Source of the DNA: Dickeya dadantii NCPPB 898
GTDB lineage: Bacteria > Pseudomonadota > Gammaproteobacteria > Enterobacterales > Enterobacteriaceae
Assembly (NCBI RefSeq): GCF_000406145.1
Contig: NZ_CM001976.1
Coordinates: 4,733,677-4,765,676, forward strand
Length of the DNA stretch: 32,000 nucleotides
Reading direction: 5' to 3'
Part shown: one piece after another, positions 28,760 to 32,000 of the stretch
How positions within the stretch are numbered: the first letter of the stretch is position 1
How the letters are laid out: every line of letters begins with the position of its first letter
Notes under the pieces: generated by a model
The model's input: the letters and a program-made list of their open reading frames with translations, nothing else
Told to the model about the DNA's origin: nothing
Databases searched by the model: none
Translations under genes and position numbers: made by a program

Positions 28760-28799
28760 CTGTTTTCTGTGCTGAGTAGCTGTTTTTTGTGCTGAGCAA
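28760..28799. repeat. 20-bp tandem duplication between the two rpmH promoters
   Basis: ctgttttctgtgctgagtag (28760-28779) and ctgttttttgtgctgagcaa (28780-28799), 17/20 identical. Confidence 0.9.
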
Positions 28800-28853
28800 A
28801 CAGAAAGTCCGGGACAACCGGAAAGTTTCAGGCGGGTAAAACGCGGATGTTAA

Positions 28854-28882
28854 TTGACTCGGGACTGTACAATTATTACAAT
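28854..28882 (+). promoter_or_regulatory. strong sigma70 promoter (proximal rpmH promoter candidate)
   Basis: TTGACT (28854-28859), 17 nt, TACAAT (28877-28882), about 100 nt upstream of the rpmH ATG. Confidence 0.7.
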
Positions 28883-28972
28883 CCCGCCTCTTTATTATGC
28901 GATAGAGGCGTCGGTCATTTTTCACGCCGAGTAGCCAAACGCGTTTACTGTGAAGTCTTAAATCAAGTTTAG

Positions 28973-29125
<153 letters not shown>

Positions 29126-29143
29126 TAAAAGCTAACCCTTCGA

Positions 29144-29503
29144 GTGGTTACGCTCGCTTTTCCCAGGGAGTTACGTCTGTTAACTCCCAGCCATTTCTCT
29201 TTCGTCTTCCAGCAGCCACAACGGGCCGGTACGCCGCAGATCACCATCCTCGGTCGCCCCAATACGCTGGGACACCCTCGTATTGGTCTTACCGTCGCAA
29301 AAAAGCACGTCAGACGGGCTCACGAACGCAACCGCATCAAGCGCCTGACGCGTGAAAGTTTTCGTTTGCATCAGCACGAACTGCCCGCGATGGACTTTGT
29401 CGTCATCGCCAAAAAAGGGGTGTCTGAACTGGATAACCGTACACTAACGGAAGCGTTGGAAAAATTATGGCGCCGTCACTGTCGTTTGGCTCACGCCTGC
29501 TGA
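29144..29503 (+). CDS. rnpA: ribonuclease P protein component (119 aa)
   Basis: GTG start. [69 protein letters not shown] matches E. coli RnpA. Confidence 0.97.
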   Translation: MVTLAFPRELRLLTPSHFSFVFQQPQRAGTPQITILGRPNTLGHPRIGLTVAKKHVRRAHERNRIKRLTRESFRLHQHELPAMDFVVIAKKGVSELDNRTLTEALEKLWRRHCRLAHAC

Positions 29504-29724
29504 TTGGCCTGATACGCGGGTATCAACGCTTTATCAGTCCGCTACTTGGACCGCACTGCCGCTTTCAGCCGTCGTGCTCCCAATATGGCATTGAAGCAAT
29601 ACGCCGGTTCGGCATGATAAAAGGCAGTTGGTTGACGCTTAAACGCGTATTAAAATGCCACCCTTTGAACCCTGGTGGTGATGATCCCGTACCGCCAAAA
29701 CCCGACAATAACAGAGAACACTAA
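29467..29724 (+). CDS. yidD: membrane protein insertion efficiency factor YidD (85 aa)
   Basis: [48 protein letters not shown] matches E. coli YidD. It overlaps rnpA by 37 nt, as in other enterobacteria. Confidence 0.93.
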   Translation: MAPSLSFGSRLLIGLIRGYQRFISPLLGPHCRFQPSCSQYGIEAIRRFGMIKGSWLTLKRVLKCHPLNPGGDDPVPPKPDNNREH

Positions 29725-29726
29725 CG

Positions 29727-31358
29727 ATGGATTCGCAACGCAATCTTCTTCTCATCGCTCTGCTATTCGTAACGTTCATGATCTGGCAGCAGTGGGAAAC
29801 GGACAAAAATCCACCCGCGGCGACCCAGACCACGCAACAGGCGAATGGCGCTGTGGGCGATGCAGCCAACCAGGGCGTACCTGCCAGCGGTCAGGGTAAA
29901 CTGATCACCGTGAAAACCGACGTGTTGTCGCTGAACATCAACACCCGCGGCGGCGACATCGAAGAAGCCGACCTGCTGGCCTACCCGGCGGAACTGGGCT
30001 CCAGCCAGCCGTTCAAACTGCTGGAAACCACCCCGGCCTTTACTTATCAGGCACAAAGCGGCCTGACCGGCAAAAACGGCCCGGACAACCCAGCCAATGG
30101 CTCACGCCCGCTGTACACCGCGCCGGCGGATCGCTTTGAACTGGCTGCGGGCCAGAATGAACTGCGGATTCCGTTGACCTACACCGACGCCAACGGCGTT
30201 AGCTTCACCAAAACCTTCGTGCTGAAACGCGGCGAATACGCGCTGAATGTGGAATACGGCGTCAATAACGCCAGCGCCCAGCCGCTGGAGCTGACCCTGT
30301 TCGGCCAGTTGAAGCAGTCCATTGATTTGCCGTCGCACCGCGACACCGGCAGCAACAACTTCGCCTTGCACACCTACCGTGGCGCGGCGTTCTCTTCCAG
30401 CGACGACAAATATCGCAAATACAGCTTCAGCGATATGAAAGAGAACCTGAACATCACCACGCAGGGCGGCTGGGTTGCCATGCTGCAGCAGTATTTCGCC
30501 ACCGCCTGGGTACCGGCGGCCACGGGTAACAACACGTTCTACAGCGCCAATCTGGGTAATGGCTTAGCCGCCATCGGCTTTAAGGCCCCGCCGGTTATCA
30601 TACAGCCGGGCAGCCAGCAGAACCTGAACGCCACCCTGTGGGTCGGCCCGGAAATTCAGGATAAGATGGCGACGGTCGCGCCGCATCTGGACCTGACCGT
30701 GGATTACGGCTGGCTGTGGTTCATCTCCCAGCCACTGTTCAAACTGCTGAAATTCCTGCACGGCTTTATCGGCAACTGGGGCTTCTCGATCATCGCCATC
30801 ACCTTTATCGTGCGCGGCATCATGTACCCGCTGACCAAAGCGCAGTACACCTCGATGGCGAAAATGCGCATGCTGCAGCCGAAACTGCAGGCAATGCGCG
30901 AGCGCATCGGCGACGATAAACAGCGCATGAGTCAGGAAATGATGGCGTTGTACAAGGCTGAGAAAGTGAATCCGCTGGGCGGCTGCTTCCCGCTGCTGAT
31001 CCAGATGCCGATCTTCCTGGCGTTGTACTACATGCTGATGGGTTCGGTAGAGCTGCGCCACGCGCCGTTCGCACTGTGGATTCATGACCTGTCGGCGCAG
31101 GACCCGTACTACGTGCTGCCGATCCTGATGGGTCTGACCATGTTCTTCATTCAGAAGATGTCGCCGACTACCGTCACCGACCCGATGCAGCAGAAGATCA
31201 TGACCTACATGCCGGTGATCTTCACCGTGTTCTTCCTGTGGTTCCCGTCGGGCCTGGTGCTGTACTATATCGTCAGCAACCTGGTGACCATCGCCCAGCA
31301 GCAGCTGATTTATCGCGGGCTGGAAAAACGCGGCCTGCATAGCCGCGAGAAGAAATAA
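29727..31358 (+). CDS. yidC: membrane protein insertase YidC (543 aa)
   Basis: [21 protein letters not shown]-terminus, a large periplasmic P1 domain, and the conserved C-terminal TM core ([38 protein letters not shown]...). Confidence 0.97.
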   Translation: MDSQRNLLLIALLFVTFMIWQQWETDKNPPAATQTTQQANGAVGDAANQGVPASGQGKLITVKTDVLSLNINTRGGDIEEADLLAYPAELGSSQPFKLLETTPAFTYQAQSGLTGKNGPDNPANGSRPLYTAPADRFELAAGQNELRIPLTYTDANGVSFTKTFVLKRGEYALNVEYGVNNASAQPLELTLFGQLKQSIDLPSHRDTGSNNFALHTYRGAAFSSSDDKYRKYSFSDMKENLNITTQGGWVAMLQQYFATAWVPAATGNNTFYSANLGNGLAAIGFKAPPVIIQPGSQQNLNATLWVGPEIQDKMATVAPHLDLTVDYGWLWFISQPLFKLLKFLHGFIGNWGFSIIAITFIVRGIMYPLTKAQYTSMAKMRMLQPKLQAMRERIGDDKQRMSQEMMALYKAEKVNPLGGCFPLLIQMPIFLALYYMLMGSVELRHAPFALWIHDLSAQDPYYVLPILMGLTMFFIQKMSPTTVTDPMQQKIMTYMPVIFTVFFLWFPSGLVLYYIVSNLVTIAQQQLIYRGLEKRGLHSREKK

Positions 31359-31387
31359 CCGGTTGATTGCCCAATCAATCTCAATGT

Positions 31388-31416
31388 AAGGCGGTCACTG
31401 ACCGCCTTATTTTTTA
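31388..31416 (+). terminator. rho-independent terminator of yidC
   Basis: aaggcggt-cactg-accgcctt stem-loop, followed by ATTTTTTA. Confidence 0.85.
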
Positions 31417-31473
31417 CGTTAAGACAATCCCATAACAGCGTCTGAAAACAGGCGCGAGCGCAGAGAGAACACC

Positions 31474-32000
31474 ATGAGCCATACCGACACCATCGTTGCC
31501 CAAGCCACCCCGCCGGGACGCGGCGGCGTAGGTATTCTGCGTATCTCCGGCCGCACCGCCGCCGCCGTGGCGCAGGCGGTGCTGGGCAAGCTGCCCAAAC
31601 CGCGTTACGCCGATTATCTGCCTTTCCATGACGCCGACGGCAGCGTGCTCGATCAAGGCATTGCCCTGTGGTTCCCCGGCCCGAACTCCTTTACCGGCGA
31701 AGACGTGCTGGAGCTACAGGGGCACGGCGGCCCGGTGATTCTCGACCTGCTGCTCAAACGGATAGTGGCGCTGCCAGACGTGCGCATCGCCCACCCCGGC
31801 GAGTTCTCCGAACGGGCGTTTCTGAACGACAAGCTGGATCTGGCGCAGGCCGAAGCCATCGCCGATCTGATCGACGCCAGTTCCGAGCAGGCGGCTCGTT
31901 CCGCCGTCAACTCGTTGCAGGGCGTGTTTTCTACCCGTATCCATCAACTGGTGGAAGCACTCACTCACCTGCGAATCTATGTGGAGGCCGCGATTGATTT
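31474..32000 (+). CDS. mnmE: tRNA modification GTPase MnmE (TrmE/ThdF), N-terminal 175 aa; continues past the window end
   Basis: Manual translation from ATG 31474 gives [26 protein letters not shown]...[57 protein letters not shown]..., which matches E. coli MnmE. It is absent from the ORF track because it is open-ended. Confidence 0.95.
   Translation, partial: MSHTDTIVAQATPPGRGGVGILRISGRTAAAVAQAVLGKLPKPRYADYLPFHDADGSVLDQGIALWFPGPNSFTGEDVLELQGHGGPVILDLLLKRIVALPDVRIAHPGEFSERAFLNDKLDLAQAEAIADLIDASSEQAARSAVNSLQGVFSTRIHQLVEALTHLRIYVEAAID

Noticed and set aside
28400-28900. oriC in this window
   Set aside because: There is only one consensus DnaA box plus one weak box, with no AT-rich 13-mer DUE or multiple R/I sites. 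In enterobacteria oriC lies near mnmG/mioC, tens of kb from dnaA.
28305-28925. ORFs of 111 aa (+, 28305-28640) and 68 aa (-, 28719-28925) in the dnaA/rpmH intergenic region
   Set aside because: They overlap the promoter, DnaA-box and GATC region and the rpmH leader. They show no coding signature or RBS. The region is conserved as regulatory DNA.

Overview
GC-rich enterobacterial chromosome, Pectobacteriaceae/Dickeya-like by protein similarity; the taxon is my inference. From 22.1 to 32 kb lies the conserved replication-initiation neighbourhood gyrB-recF-dnaN-dnaA, divergent from rpmH-rnpA-yidD-yidC-mnmE. Its dnaA/rpmH control region has one consensus DnaA box, 12 GATC sites in about 260 bp and two sigma70 promoters for rpmH. 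From 13.7 to 22.1 kb are housekeeping genes: gor, rbn, rlmJ, a YghW-like small protein, prlC, rsmJ and an MFS transporter. The left 13.7 kb is accessory. It holds two formyl-CoA transferase paralogues separated by a stand-alone PAS protein, a SerC-like aminotransferase, an Lrp/AsnC regulator, a YitT-like membrane protein, and a GntR / fumarate-lyase-superfamily / DASS-transporter locus with three copies of a palindromic operator. The most notable object is a 4.6 kb AT-rich insertion (5317-9869). It is bracketed by a 52-bp direct repeat that duplicates the 3' end of the YitT-like gene, and the only two mismatches are synonymous third-codon positions. The insertion carries an MBOAT plus two SGNH genes whose order and catalytic-residue spacing match the PatA/PatB/Ape1 peptidoglycan O-acetylation cluster. 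It has no mobility gene and ends in a 342-bp composite ERIC element. Several short tandem-repeat arrays sit in intergenic regions, and the dnaN-recF spacer is unusually long at 168 bp. I recognised no tRNA, rRNA, CRISPR, transposase or integrase. All similarity statements come from memory of reference proteins, not from searches.
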